A stretch of 64,000 nt of DNA, from contig NC_043002.1 of the NCBI RefSeq assembly GCF_006345805.1, positions 21,452,001-21,516,000 on the forward strand, read 5' to 3'. Positions 10,369 to 23,179 of this stretch are shown one piece after another (positions within the stretch are counted from its first letter, which is position 1; each line of letters opens with the position of its first letter). The DNA comes from Octopus sinensis. Lineage: Eukaryota. A program made the position numbers and the translations under genes. The notes beneath the pieces were generated by a model. It searched no databases and was not told where the DNA came from. It saw only the letters and a program-made list of their open reading frames with translations.

Positions 10369-13300
10369 ATGGTTCGTGATACAAATTTTAGAAGACTACA
10401 ATACATCAAAAAATACAGTACAACAATAGATAATTATATGCATATAATACCTTACATTTTTACAATTGTTTCAAAGCATCAGTATTTTTCATATATGTGT
10501 GTGTGTGTGTGTATGTGTATACATGAATGTGTGTACTATATACACACACATATATGTAAATACATGTTTATGTATATATGGTTCGTGATACAAATTTTAG
10601 AAGACTACAATACATCAAAAAATACAGTACAACAATAGATAATTATATGCATATAATACCTTACATTTTTACAATTGTTTCAAAGCATCAGTATTTTTCA
10701 TATATGTGTGTGTGTGTGTATGTGTATACATGAATGTGTGTACTATATACACACACATATATGTAAATACATGTTTATGTATATATGGTTCGTGATACAA
10801 ATTTTAGAAGACTACAATACATCAAAAAATACAGTACAACAATAGATAATTATATGCATATAATACCTTACATTTTTACAATTGTTTCAAAGCATCAGTA
10901 TTTTTCATATATGTGTGTGTGTGTGTATGTGTATACATGAATGTGTGTACTATATACACACACATATATGTAAATACATGTTTATGTATATATGGTTCGT
11001 GATACAAATTTTAGAAGACTACAATACATCAAAAAATACAGTACAACAATAGATAATTATATGCATATAATACCTTACATTTTTACAATTGTTTCAAAGC
11101 ATCAGTATTTTTCATATATGTGTGTGTGTGTGTATGTGTATACATGAATGTGTGTACTATATACACACACATATATGTAAATACATGTTTATGTATATAT
11201 GGTTCGTGATACAAATTTTAGAAGACTACAATACATCAAAAAATACAGTACAACAATAGATAATTATATGCATATAATACCTTACATTTTTACAATTGTT
11301 TCAAAGCATCAGTATTTTTCATATATGTGTGTGTGTGTGTATGTGTATACATGAATGTGTGTACTATATACACACACACATATATGTAAATACATGTTTA
11401 TGTATATATGGTTCGTGATACAAATTTTAGAAGACTACAATACATCAAAAAATACAGTACAACAATAGATAATTATATGCATATAATACCTTACATTTTT
11501 ACAATTGTTTCAAAGCATCAGTATTTTTCATATATGTGTGTGTGTGTGTATGTGTATACATGAATGTGTGTACTATATACACACACATATATGTAAATAC
11601 ATGTTTATGTATATATGGTTCGTGATACAAATTTTAGAAGACTACAATACATCAAAAAATACAGTACAACAATAGATAATTATATGCATATAATACCTTA
11701 CATTTTTACAATTGTTTCAAAGCATCAGTATTTTTCATATATGTGTGTGTGTGTGTATGTGTATACATGAATGTGTGTACTATATACACACACATATATG
11801 TAAATACATGTTTATGTATATATGGTTCGTGATACAAATTTTAGAAGACTACAATACATCAAAAAATACAGTACAACAATAGATAATTATATGCATATAA
11901 TACCTTACATTTTTACAATTGTTTCAAAGCATCAGTATTTTTCATATATGTGTGTGTGTGTGTATGTGTATACATGAATGTGTGTACTATATACACACAC
12001 ACATATATGTAAATACATGTTTATGTATATATGGTTCGTGATACAAATTTTAGAAGACTACAATACATCAAAAAATACAGTACAACAATAGATAATTATA
12101 TGCATATAATACCTTACATTTTTACAATTGTTTCAAAGCATCAGTATTTTTCATATATGTGTGTGTGTGTGTATGTGTATACATGAATGTGTGTACTATA
12201 TACACACACATATATGTAAATACATGTTTATGTATATATGGTTCGTGATACAAATTTTAGAAGACTACAATACATCAAAAAATACAGTACAACAATAGAT
12301 AATTATATGCATATAATACCTTACATTTTTACAATTGTTTCAAAGCATCAGTATTTTTCATATATGTGTGTGTGTGTGTATGTGTATACATGAATGTGTG
12401 TACTATATACACACACACATATATGTAAATACATGTTTATGTATATATGGTTCGTGATACAAATTTTAGAAGACTACAATACATCAAAAAATACAGTACA
12501 ACAATAGATAATTATATGCATATAATACCTTACATTTTTACAATTGTTTCAAAGCATCAGTATTTTTCATATATGTGTGTGTGTGTGTATGTGTATACAT
12601 GAATGTGTGTACTATATACACACACACATATATGTAAATACATGTTTATGTATATATGGTTCGTGATACAAATTTTAGAAGACTACAATACATCAAAAAA
12701 TACAGTACAACAATAGATAATTATATGCATATAATACCTTACATTTTTACAATTGTTTCAAAGCATCAGTATTTTTCATATATGTGTGTGTGTGTGTATG
12801 TGTATACATGAATGTGTGTACTATATACACACACACATATATGTAAATACATGTTTATGTATATATGGTTCGTGATACAAATTTTAGAAGACTACAATAC
12901 ATCAAAAAATACAGTACAACAATAGATAATTATATGCATATAATACCTTACATTTTTACAATTGTTTCAAAGCATCAGTATTTTTCATATATGTGTGTGT
13001 GTGTGTATGTGTATACATGAATGTGTGTACTATATACACACACATATATGTAAATACATGTTTATGTATATATGGTTCGTGATACAAATTTTAGAAGACT
13101 ACAATACATCAAAAAATACAGTACAACAATAGATAATTATATGCATATAATACCTTACATTTTTACAATTGTTTCAAAGCATCAGTATTTTTCATATATG
13201 TGTGTGTGTGTGTGTGTATGTGTATACATGAATGTGTGTACTATATACACACACACATATATGTAAATACATGTTTATGTATATATGGTTCGTGATACAA

Positions 13301-13406
13301 ATTTTAGAAGACTACAATACATCAAAAAATACAGTACAACAATAGATAATTATATGCATATAATACCTTACATTTTTACAATTGTTTCAAAGCATCAGTA
13401 TTTTTC

Positions 13407-13476
<70 letters not shown>

Positions 13477-13505
13477 ACATGAATGTGTGTACTATATACA
13501 CACAC
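10369..13505. repeat. Tandem satellite, 15 copies of a 207-213-bp unit
   Basis: Unit starts (atggttcgtgat) are at 10369, 10578, 10785, 10992, 11199, 11408, 11615, 11822, 12031, 12238, 12447, 12656, 12865, 13072 and 13285. Units appear to differ only in (TG)n/(CA)n length. Confidence 0.98.
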
Positions 13506-13890
13506 ACACAAGCCTGTATGCACACACAAGCCTGTATGCACACAAGCCTGTACACACACTAGCCCGTACGCAAACACTAGTCCTTGCGCAAACACTAGCC
13601 CGTACACACACACAAGCTCATACACACACACAAGCCCCTACACACACAAGCTCCTACACACACACAAGCCCATACACACACACACAAGCCCGTACACACA
13701 CACAAGCCCCTACACACACAAGCCCCTACACACACACTAGCCCTTGCGCAAACACAAGCCCCTACACACACACAAGCCCGTACACACACACAAGCCTGTA
13801 TGCACACACAAGCCTGTATGCACACAAGCCTGTACACACACTAGCCCTTGCGCAAACACTAGCCCTTGCGCAAACACAAGCCCCTACACA
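13500..13890. repeat. Minisatellite (ca)n-agccc(g/c)ta, ~16-22-bp units
   Basis: Repeated cacacacaagcccgta / cacactagccc variants abut the end of the satellite. Confidence 0.9.
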
Positions 13891-14091
13891 CACACACACA
13901 TGCACATGCAATGCATTTATACATGCACATGCATTGCACACACACAGACAATGGGGTGCATGATGTCTGTCTGTGTTGTTGTGGTGGTGGTGTTGGGGAT
14001 GGTGGTGTTCGACTGTGGGGAATTAGGCTTATAATGGATTCAACAACTGTTTGGTCACTAAAATATCTTTGCAGTTAGCACTGTGTCACAC

Positions 14092-14174
14092 CTACTACTA
14101 TTACTACTACTACTACTACTACTATTACTACTACAACTACTACCACCACCACTGCTGCCACGACGACGACGACA

Positions 14175-14227
<53 letters not shown>

Positions 14228-14330
14228 GACCATGATCACTGCTGGTACTACTATTCCTCCTCCTACTATTACTGTTATGACCACCACCATTGCCACCACT
14301 GATACTTCTACTACTACTGCCGCTGCTGCT
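14092..14330. repeat. (TAC)/(CAC)/(GAC) trinucleotide tract
   Basis: Direct reading. Confidence 0.95.
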
Positions 14331-14559
14331 GCTTTTGAGCTGACATATGAGCTGCTATGTCATGTATCGATGTGCTAGAAATGGCAGCTAGGTCACTTGT
14401 TATTCATGGTCTCTCGTTTCAAATGGAAGGACACCTTGTGCAGTGAACTTGTGGGCTTTTGCTTCGTCCAGGAGAATGATGGGACTGCCACACCCAGAGT
14501 GTTTCGAACTATGTCTGCTTGACCAGGACCGATCTGGTGCTAACCAACAACAGCATCAA

Positions 14560-14780
14560 CTGTTGCCACCACCACCGCCGCTGCCGCCACCGCCGCCACC
14601 GCCGCCACCACCACAACCACCGCTGCCACCACCACCACCACCACCACCACCACCACTACTACTACAGCTTCTGTTGCATATTGCTGCACCTTCTGCTTCT
14701 TGTTACTTCTGCTACTATTGCCTTACAACCACTGTTGCTGCTTCTGTTACTAGTACTACTACTACTACTACTACTAGCCA
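14560..14780. repeat. (CAC)/(CGC)/(TAC)/(GCT) trinucleotide tract
   Basis: Direct reading. Confidence 0.9.
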
Positions 14781-15216
14781 ATGAAGGAATCTCTACGGGG
14801 GTTGCTCAACCCACTAGAATTAACTATCGAATATCCCTCGAATCAAACCCTAAGTTCTTTAAAATGGTAGGACCTATTGGATAATACAGTCGCAGATACA
14901 ACCATCATCATCGTCATCATCATCATCATAATTGTCATAATCCTCATCATTGTCAGCATCATCATCATCAGCTGTCTGGGTTTTTTGTTTTTTTATTTTC
15001 TGTCCATACACGCAAGGGTTGGATGGGTCTTCTTCAGCATAGCATCTCTCGTTATTTGTTGCAGTTCTTAGTTGTCACCTTGGTGATGAGAGAGAGTCTG
15101 TTTGAGATAAGCTTTCACCAGATATTCCTTGCTCTCGTTCTTCATTATGTTTCATCCGCTTGACGCTTCTTTACTCACCTATCATTCTTCATACACATCA
15201 CATGTTCTGTACTAGC

Positions 15217-15256
<40 letters not shown>

Positions 15257-16923
15257 AATATTATATCTGACCCTTGTTATGCCGTGTTTTTACCTCAGTT
15301 CATTTGTGCTCTGTCTTTCACATTATGCATCCAGCAGAGCAGAACAGACTTGTATCATCTTTTTTTCTTCTTTTTTTTCATATGTTCACATTTTCTACAT
15401 ATTATAGGCATTAGCATGGCTGAGTGATTAGGAATCTCACTCTGCATCTTAGACAAATGTCTTCTGCTATAGCCCTGGGCTAACCAATGCCTTGTGAGTG
15501 AAATTGTTAGACAGAAACTGTGTGTGTATAGGTAGTGGTGGTTGTGTGTGTGTATGTATGTAGGTGGTGGTGATTGTGTGTGTGTATGTGTGTGCTTTTG
15601 TGTTGGTCACTCCCTCTCCCACTACATGACAATTGTTGTTGGTTTGTTTATGTCCTCATAACTTAGTAGGTCAGCAAAAAAGACTGATAAATTAAGTACA
15701 GACTTTAAACACTAAACAAAGACATAAAGTACTGGGGTTGATTTATTTAACTAAACCCTTTAAGTCAGTGCTCCAGCATGGTTGCAATCCAATGACTGAA
15801 ACAAGTAAAAAAATAAAAGATCTGTGTTCAAGTTTGAAATTGATGAATGAAAGAAAGAAAACAGAAACCACTGGTTAGTCATAGCTGGAATATCTTTAAT
15901 CATAAATCTATTCAGTCAGAGCTGAGCTGAGGCCAAACAACAGCTGTAACAACAGATCTTTTCTTTTCAAAGACGAATGATGATATGCAAAAATACAAGT
16001 GATGGTGATTCAGGTGTAAAAATTTAAACTGTGCCTCATATGACTGGGGAGAATGCATAAGGCTATGATAGACTCTGTTTCCCCATGAATTCAATATAAA
16101 GTAACTCAACATTAGCTGTAGCCCTTACCCAACCAACATCAACCCCTCTCAGCTCTTCACCTCCCCCAGCCTAATTAGCCTTAAAGGATCTACAGGTTAA
16201 TCCATCCACTTCTTGTCTTCTTCAGAGTAACTAATATATAAATTTTGATTTCTAACATTGGCACAAAATTACAGAAAACCTATAAGTTGATCATATTGAC
16301 ACCAGTTCATAACTGGTATTTACATTTAATCAACCTTGAAAGGATGAAATGGGATGAAATGCTAAAATGGTTTCAATGGAATTTGAACTCAGAGCATAAA
16401 AGGCTGTTATTTGTTACATGGCATTTTGTCTGATACTCTGACAATTCTGGCAATGAAAATATTTAGATAGGTTCCCAAAAGACCTGGCACTAATTCCCAA
16501 CAGCTTGATGTGCTGTGAAATGTAAAAACAAAGTGTTCTCCTCTAAATATACAATGAAATATTTCCAAGAGCTGTTTTTTTTTTTTTGAACTGCATATTT
16601 TAAAGCTGGTTGCTGTTGAGTTCCTTCTTCCTTAAGAGGATGATCATGATGATCAATTAACATCATCGTCATCATCATTATTTAATGTCCATTCTCCATG
16701 CTGGCATGGTTTGAACACTTGTTGTAATTATTGATTGTCAAAGTGGTTGCTGTTGTTGTTTAATGTAAGTCATCTCTGATCAAACAGACATAGTTAAATG
16801 ATCCAGCCATGACAATCACATTTAATGGTATATCTAAGATCATGTTATCTACAGTGTCCTTATATATATATATATATATATATTTAATAAAAGGAGATGT
16901 GGAACACGAGTTGTGATATATAA

Positions 16924-17148
16924 AAAAAGGAAATGAAGAAAATGCTGACAAAATAATTTAAGTAAGGGAGAGTGTATTTAATTAGGTGAAAGTTCTTTTT
17001 ACCGGTTGCGCATTTGTTATGCTTATCAAAAGATATATTTTTAAGAGAGATAGAGTTCCTTTCTGATAGATTTTTTTCTCTTATCTTTCACCTAATTAAA
17101 TACACTCTCCCTTACTTAAATTATTTTGTCAGCATTTTCTTCATTTCC

Positions 17149-17153
<5 letters not shown>
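16924..17153. repeat. Perfect inverted repeat, 69-bp arms, 92-bp spacer, flanked by (TA)n
   Basis: 16924-16992 is the exact reverse complement of 17085-17153. Confidence 0.97.
16994..17033 (-). ncRNA. Degenerate minimal hammerhead motif inside the inverted-repeat spacer
   Basis: Minus strand: UCUUUU GAUAA GCAU-AACAA-AUGC GCAAC CG GUA AAAAGA. Stem I, stem II, palindromic stem III (ACCGGU) and GUA are present, but the core is damaged. Confidence 0.5.
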
Positions 17154-17191
<38 letters not shown>

Positions 17192-17344
17192 TTGTTTAAG
17201 TCATTTGACTGTGACTATGCCGGAGCACTGCCTTAAAGAGCTTTAGTCAAAGAAATCGAGCCCAGAACTTATTCTTTGTAAGCCTAGTACTTTTTCTATC
17301 AATCTCTTTTGTTGAACTGCTAAGTTACAGGGACATAAACCAAT

Positions 17345-18010
17345 CTGTACATTATTTACATTATTTACATTCGACAAATATTTGTCTTCATCTTGTATGT
17401 TGTTAACACAACGTTTCAGCTGATATACCCTGTTCAGTGTTTAAGACTAAAGAGGTTACGGATATGGCTGACCTTGTGTGTGTGTATGTATTCAATGTTT
17501 GTCTGGAATCTGGGTGAGAGTTATAGTGTTGTTTAGCCTGTATTGTAGTAGCATTATGACATGTCATTGTAACATTCCCAGGTATTATAGATGTGTCTTT
17601 GTATTTGGAGGTTGCTGTGCATTTAAAGATAGGGACTGTGTTGTGGCAAATATTGTCCCCTGCATGTCTAAGAGGGTCTTTATTTCATTTGTAATATTTT
17701 TGTGATATTGTGTTGGGAATCTGTTGGTGTGATCTGTGTATAGCCATAAACATTCACCCGTGAGTTTTACTACAGTTTGTGGTGTGTGTGACAGTTTTTT
17801 CCCAGTTTCCATAGCATTTGACTTGCTGACAGTCATGTATTCTTTATCTTTCAACCTCTGGATGGTAATTCTAGTCCATTGCTAATTTGGTCTAAAAGAT
17901 AATTTGATCTTGGTCACTGATGGTTGCTGGGATGCTTGTTGGCCTTGCAGCACTTCAGCTTTTGTGAAGTGCTACACCATTTCATTGAATATATTTACAT
18001 TTTTAGGTGA
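17345..18010 (-). mobile_element. Decayed Penelope-like 3' fragment with partial pLTR
   Basis: Minus-strand frames are reminiscent of a GIY-YIG end (HRSHQQI, PIFKC, LLQYRLNN). They are followed by ...agggtatatcagctGAAACGUUgtgttaac, the 3' half of a minimal HHR. Confidence 0.45.
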
Positions 18011-20226
18011 CTGGGTCATTTATCTTTATCTCCAAAATCTGTGGCCTTGTGCCAAAATGTAAAGTAATAATGATTTCTATCATTGACGCAAGACCATAAT
18101 TTTTTGGAGTGGTGGGTATTATTGATTAAATTGAATCTAATACTTGACTATACTTATGTTATTGATACTTGGAGGCTGAAAGGTATCTTTGACAGGATGC
18201 CATAAAGAATTTTGTCTGGTATTTTATTGATTCTGTCATCTGCAACCCTAACAATAATAATGGCATCTAACAAAAGACAGTGAGACCATCGGGCTTTGTT
18301 GAAGGTGTAGTCAATCAAATTGACCCTATTACTTGACATATACTTCTGAGGCAAAGTTCATCTTGTCTGGATTTGAACTCCAAACATAAAGTGACATAAT
18401 TAAATGTCATAAAACAATTTGTCCAGTGCTCTACTAATTTAGCCAGTTCATCAGTTTAATACTAATAATAATGGTTTCAAATTGTGGCACAAAGCCGGCA
18501 GTTTCACGAGAGGGATAAGTTGATTACATGAACCCCTTTGTTCAACTAGTACTTATTTTATTGACCCTCAAAGGCTGAAAGGCAAAGTTGGCTTCAGTGG
18601 AATTTGAACTCAGAATGTAAAGCTCAATGAAATGCTGCTAAGAATTTCACCCAGTGTGTTAACAACTCTGCCAGTTTGCTGTCTTAATGATAACTAGCAA
18701 TGCACCCCAGCATTGCCTGGGTGTTATGACCTACAGCCACATTGTATTATTTTTTCCTTTCTTATAGGCAGAATCAGCACACGAAGAGTATGAAGCAAAC
18801 AATACTTCTTTATAAACATGTTATTTGGTCATTTTCTGATGAACAACACTGCAGTTTCCGTCTACCAAATCCAGTCACAAGTCTGTGGTTGGCCTAGGGC
18901 TATAGTAGAAAACACTTGCCCAAGGTACTATGCAGAGGGACTGAACATGGAACCATGTGGTTGAGAAGCAAACTTCTCAACCACACAGTCGTTCTTGCAC
19001 CTAATAAGTGTGTGTGTGTGTGTTTACAGTTGTTGTTAAATCGAGTATTGTGTCCCACTATGTCTCAAAGTTAGCAGTTCATCAAGCAGAGATCTATAAA
19101 ATAAATGCCAGATTGAAATACATACTGAGGTCAGTATGACCAATTAAATTTTAAAGGTGATAGCCCATCATGGCAACAGTCAAGAGACTAAACCCAGTAA
19201 AATAATGTTTAAAGACTTAATGGCTTCAAATTTAAGGTAATGGATTACTAACCACAGGGTAATGAGTTTAAAACTTCGTATTGAGCTTCCACTCTGTACG
19301 ATAACACTACTTGACTTTCAAAAATTAACAATTGTAATTTGAAGTTGAATGGTTAGCAGTAAGAAAGATGTCCAGATTTATTAAAATATTATTATGCAAA
19401 ATATTGTGCTCCAGTGTCTGCTTTGGCAAGGTTTTTTTTAGCTGGAACCCCTTCCTAATGCCACCACATCACAGCATTTACTAGGGGCTTTTTTCATGCC
19501 AGAAGCACTTGTGGGGCTACAATGCAGCTTACAAAATTATAAAAAATTATTTTCTCAAAGGGAAAATTTTATTCAAGGAGATAAGGGGTAAAAAATAGGT
19601 AGAAGAAGGAGTGAAAGGACCAGAGCAGAACAGGTTTTTTGTTGTAAAAGAGCTGCATGGCTACTTGCATTTTAATTGTATTAATAATTAGCACACAAGA
19701 CCACCAAATTTGTGGGTGATAAATATAGTCAATAAATCTGATTCAGTAAATTACTGGTTTGTATTTTATTGATCCTGCCACAAGACACAACTAAAGATTG
19801 ATTTTTTTACATTGACACAGGGCCAAAATTTGTTGAGGGTAGGATACAGTTGATTATATTGACCTTATCACTTGATTGGTACTTGATTTTATCAATATTC
19901 ACTCGACTGGTACTTGATTTTATCAAGCCCACTCAACTGCTACTTGATTTTATCAACTTTGGAAAGATAATTGACAAGGCAAAATTTGAACTTATAACAT
20001 AAATATTGCAAGTTGTTGCTGTTGTTTAGCAATAGGTCGACATTTATTTAGCAAATCCAGACCTATGATCAAAAGCATTTTAGCCATAACCAGATTGTCT
20101 TTTCAGAAATTACTTGAAAGGACTACATGTTCCAATGCATCCTTCATAGTTTAAGAAAAGAGTGTATGATTTGAAGGAGATTTGGCTGCTATTTCAAGTG
20201 AGCTAAGTGACCACAAAAATATTCTC

Positions 20227-20428
20227 TCATCATCATCATCATCATTTAGCGTCCGCTTTCCATGCTAGCATGGGTTGGACGGTTCAGCTGGGGTCTGTGA
20301 AGCCAGAAGGCTTCATCAGGCCCAGTCTGATCTGGCAGTGTTTCTACGGCTGGATGCCCTTCCTAACGCCAACCACTCCGTGAGTGTAGTGGGTGCTTTT
20401 TACGTGCCACCCGCACAGGAGCCAGTTG
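20227..20428 (-). mobile_element. RTE-type LINE 3' end (family A)
   Basis: (cat)n ttagcgtccgctttccatgctagcatgggttggacgg...ggatgcccttcctaacgccaaccactccg. Confidence 0.85.
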
Positions 20429-21235
20429 GAAATATATTACAAGTCTTATAGTCATGAAATCTGCCACATTTGAAAACCACTGCTCTTTTTTTATAATTTT
20501 TTCTACCATGGACACAAAACATGAAATTTTGAAGGAAGTTGATTACATTAGACCCCAGTGCTCAACTGAAACTTACTTTGCCAACCTCAAAAGGTGGAGG
20601 TATATGGCTTAGTGGTTAGAGTGTTTGATTCATGATCATAGAATTATGGTTTTGATTTCTGGACTTGATGCAACAATGTATTGTGTTCTTGAACAAAACA
20701 CTTCATATCACATTGTTTCAGTTCACTCAGCAGGTAAAAAAGAGTAGTCCTGTGATGGACCACATCCAGTCCAGAAAGGAATGTATACACCAGACAAACT
20801 GGGAAACTGGCCCTGTGTTCATTATGGAGTAATGTAGACTAACTGACCTAAAGGCAAACTCAGCATTGGTGACATTTGAACTCAGAATGTAGATCTAGAA
20901 GAAAAGTATGCTAATGATTCTGCTAGCTTGCACGCTTTTTTTTTTTTACTTTTTTTATTTCATTTAGTTTCAGCTCATGAGCTGTGGCCATGCTGGGGCG
21001 CCGCCATTCATTCTTACTGCTCTTTATGTAATAAAATGGTAATGTTTAATGTTTTCTACGATAGATTCAAAGATCACCCCTGTTTCCAAGGGAGGGTACA
21101 GTTGATTATATCAACACTAGTATTTAACTGGTACTTATTCTATCACTCACACTTCCTCTTGTCCTTTGGGAGGATAAAAGCAAAGTTGACCTCATTGCGG
21201 CTTGAACTCAGATCATACATGAAAATAATAAAATA

Positions 21236-21468
21236 CCTATTTCTTTATTACCCACGGGGCTAAACACAGAGGGAACAAACAAGGACAGACATAGGTATTA
21301 AGTCGATTACATCGACTCCAGTGCGTAACTGGTATTTAATTTATCGACCCCGAAAGGATGAAAGGTAAAGTCGACCTCGGCGGAATTTGAACTCACAACA
21401 TAGCGGTAGACGAAATGCTGCTAAGCATTTCGCCCGGCGTGCTAATGTTTGTGCCAGCTCACTGCCTT
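21236..21468 (-). mobile_element. Young tRNA-derived SINE, family B
   Basis: Minus-strand A-box (tggcacaaacattagc) and B-box (gagttcaaattcc). Flanking taaaatacc is duplicated (TSD). Closely similar to 42796-43027. Confidence 0.9.
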
Positions 21469-21763
21469 TAAAATACCATCAGTTGTTTTGTCTGACACTT
21501 TACTGATTCTACATGTCTCTAAATGTTTCTTACATTGGCACAAAGGCAGACATTTGAATAGTGGTGATGGTGATGGTGGTGGTGTGGTGGTGGGGAGGTC
21601 AGTATGTTAAAGTGACATAAGCACTTGTCTATTGCTATTTTAGTGACCCTAGGAGAATGAGAGCTAAAAGGATGTAACCAAATACTGCAAAACATTTTTG
21701 TCTGTTGGTTTATCAATTCCACCATCCACAATAACAGAAAATTATTATTATTATTATTATTTA

Positions 21764-21810
<47 letters not shown>

Positions 21811-21954
21811 GATGATGATGTTGCTATTATCACCAAACTTTTCAAGCTGGCTTTCATTCAATGAAAGCCAACTTCATTATAATGTAGCAATTTACTGCTT
21901 CATTAAACATAGGTGTTCTCTCCATCGCCATCTCTCCCTCTTGCTTTTCACACA

Positions 21955-22009
<55 letters not shown>

Positions 22010-23179
22010 ACATGCTTGCATGCATGCGAATGTTTAATTATATGTAATGGCATATGTGTATCTAAACTCATACGTATGGTATATATATACACACATACAC
22101 ACTATACGTACAGTATATATATGTGTCGTATGCCTATATTTATGTGTGTGTGAGAAATGTGCATGCACATATACATATGATGCAAGTGCATGTTTATATG
22201 TGTAATTCGTGCACATAAATACTTATATGTATAATGTGTTTATATGAATATGTGTATAAAAACATGTGTTTGTACCTGTGTGCATGCATGCATGCATATG
22301 TTATAAATAGATTCCAAATGGGTGATTGAAGAAATCCCTAATAAAAACCAAGAATTTAATGTTATAGATTAGGTCTATTCAGTTTTGTTGTTGTTTTGTT
22401 ACAACATGGCCAGGTGTTACAACTCACATCTCATTAGAGAACACTTCTAACTACATTCGTTTGCTCATTCGTTGATTTAGTATATGTCTATTCTTCCACA
22501 TTAGCATGTTAGCTGGATATACATTTTTGATGCGTTGTTTTACAGCTGGATGCTTTTTCTGTTGCTAACCCTTATTTTCCAAGTAAGGGATTTGTTTTTA
22601 TATTTTACACATATTCAAAAGCATGGAGCTTGTGAATGTCAACAAAATGTTGTTGTTTGTTAGTCAATGTTTCTTGAAGCAAGGAATGTAAACAATCTCT
22701 CTTTCTCTCTCTCTCTCCTTTTCTTTCTCTCTCTCTCTCACACACACATACACACACACACATTGTGCTTCCATGCAGTTTTTGTTTCCCAAATAGACTT
22801 GCAAAGCATTAATTGGCCCAAGGCCATTGTAGAAGATACTTGCTCTAGTTGCTGTCCAATGGGAATGAACCTGAGAAAATGAAGTTCAGAAGTGGATCCA
22901 TTACACACACATATACACATACATGAGCTGCAGATACTTACATACATACAGATACACTCACTCTGAACATATCCTCAAAATTCTTTGAGTCTAGCTGGAC
23001 ATATGCACACCTAAACTCAAGCACAGTCACACTCCAGTAAAGTCACGCTTAAGCAGATTCAGACAGTTACATTCAAACATGATTACACTAAAGTACACTC
23101 ATTCTCTATTACAACCACTCTCAAGTAGCTATACTCAAACATTATCTCACTTATACACAATTACACTCAAATATGATTA

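Noticed and set aside
10369-13505. CRISPR-like regular array
   Set aside because: The whole unit is repeated, with no unique spacers and no cas genes, in a eukaryotic context.
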